This document shows positions 19,760-20,000 of a stretch of 20,000 nt of DNA, in pieces. Position numbers and translations under genes: made by a program. This stretch comes from Chiloscyllium plagiosum (taxonomy: Eukaryota): the NCBI RefSeq assembly GCF_004010195.1, contig NC_057719.1:14705272-14725271 (forward strand). Reading direction: 5' to 3'. Positions within the stretch are counted from its first letter, which is position 1. Every line of letters begins with the position of its first letter. A model generated the notes under the pieces. That model searched no databases. It saw only the letters and a program-made list of their open reading frames with translations, and had not been told where the DNA came from.

Positions 19760-20000
19760 GATTCTGGATTAGTGGTGCTGGAAGAGCACAGGAGTTATGG
19801 CAGCATCCGAGGAGCAGCAAAATCGATGTTTCGGGCAAAAGCTCTTCATCAGGAATAAAGGCAGAGAGCCTGAAGTGTGGAGAGATAAGGTAGGGGAGGG
19901 TGGGGGTGGGGAGAAAGTAGCATAGAGTCACGACATGGTTGAAGAGCTTCAGGGCAGAGGAAATGACCTGGGAGTTGCAGTGGGAGAGGGACTCCCTGAG
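19760..20000 (-). mobile_element. Penelope-like element end, same family as 13721-15028
   Basis: 19765-19895 is a near-identical reverse complement of 14853-14991; runs off the window. Confidence 0.9.
19823..19854 (-). ncRNA. Minimal type I hammerhead ribozyme motif
   Basis: TC-CTGATGA-A-GAGC TTTT GCCC-GAAA-CAT-C-GA. Confidence 0.8.

Overview
Repeat-dense vertebrate genomic DNA, most likely a shark (inferred from HE1-like SINEs, HER1/CR1 LINEs and Deu-SINE-like tails; the species cannot be fixed from sequence alone). No intact host gene is recognisable and most listed ORFs are transposon relics or noise. The window holds many CR1/HER1 fragments (longest 15058-16668), Rex1/Babar-like LINE fragments, several SINE families, a degenerate (CCCTAA)n array, a 784-N gap and at least eight Penelope-like element (PLE) pieces. 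The main hidden signal is RNA structure: six minimal type I hammerhead ribozyme motifs from about five PLE families, one of them split by a CR1 insertion. Tiny PLE-end insertions show unusual junctions (a 106-bp flanking duplication; inverted termini plus a 10-bp TSD). An unexplained 92-nt pseudoknot-like set of interleaved inverted repeats at 10056-10147 carries the hammerhead CUGAUGA box on both strands. All family names come from recalled consensus similarity, not database searches.
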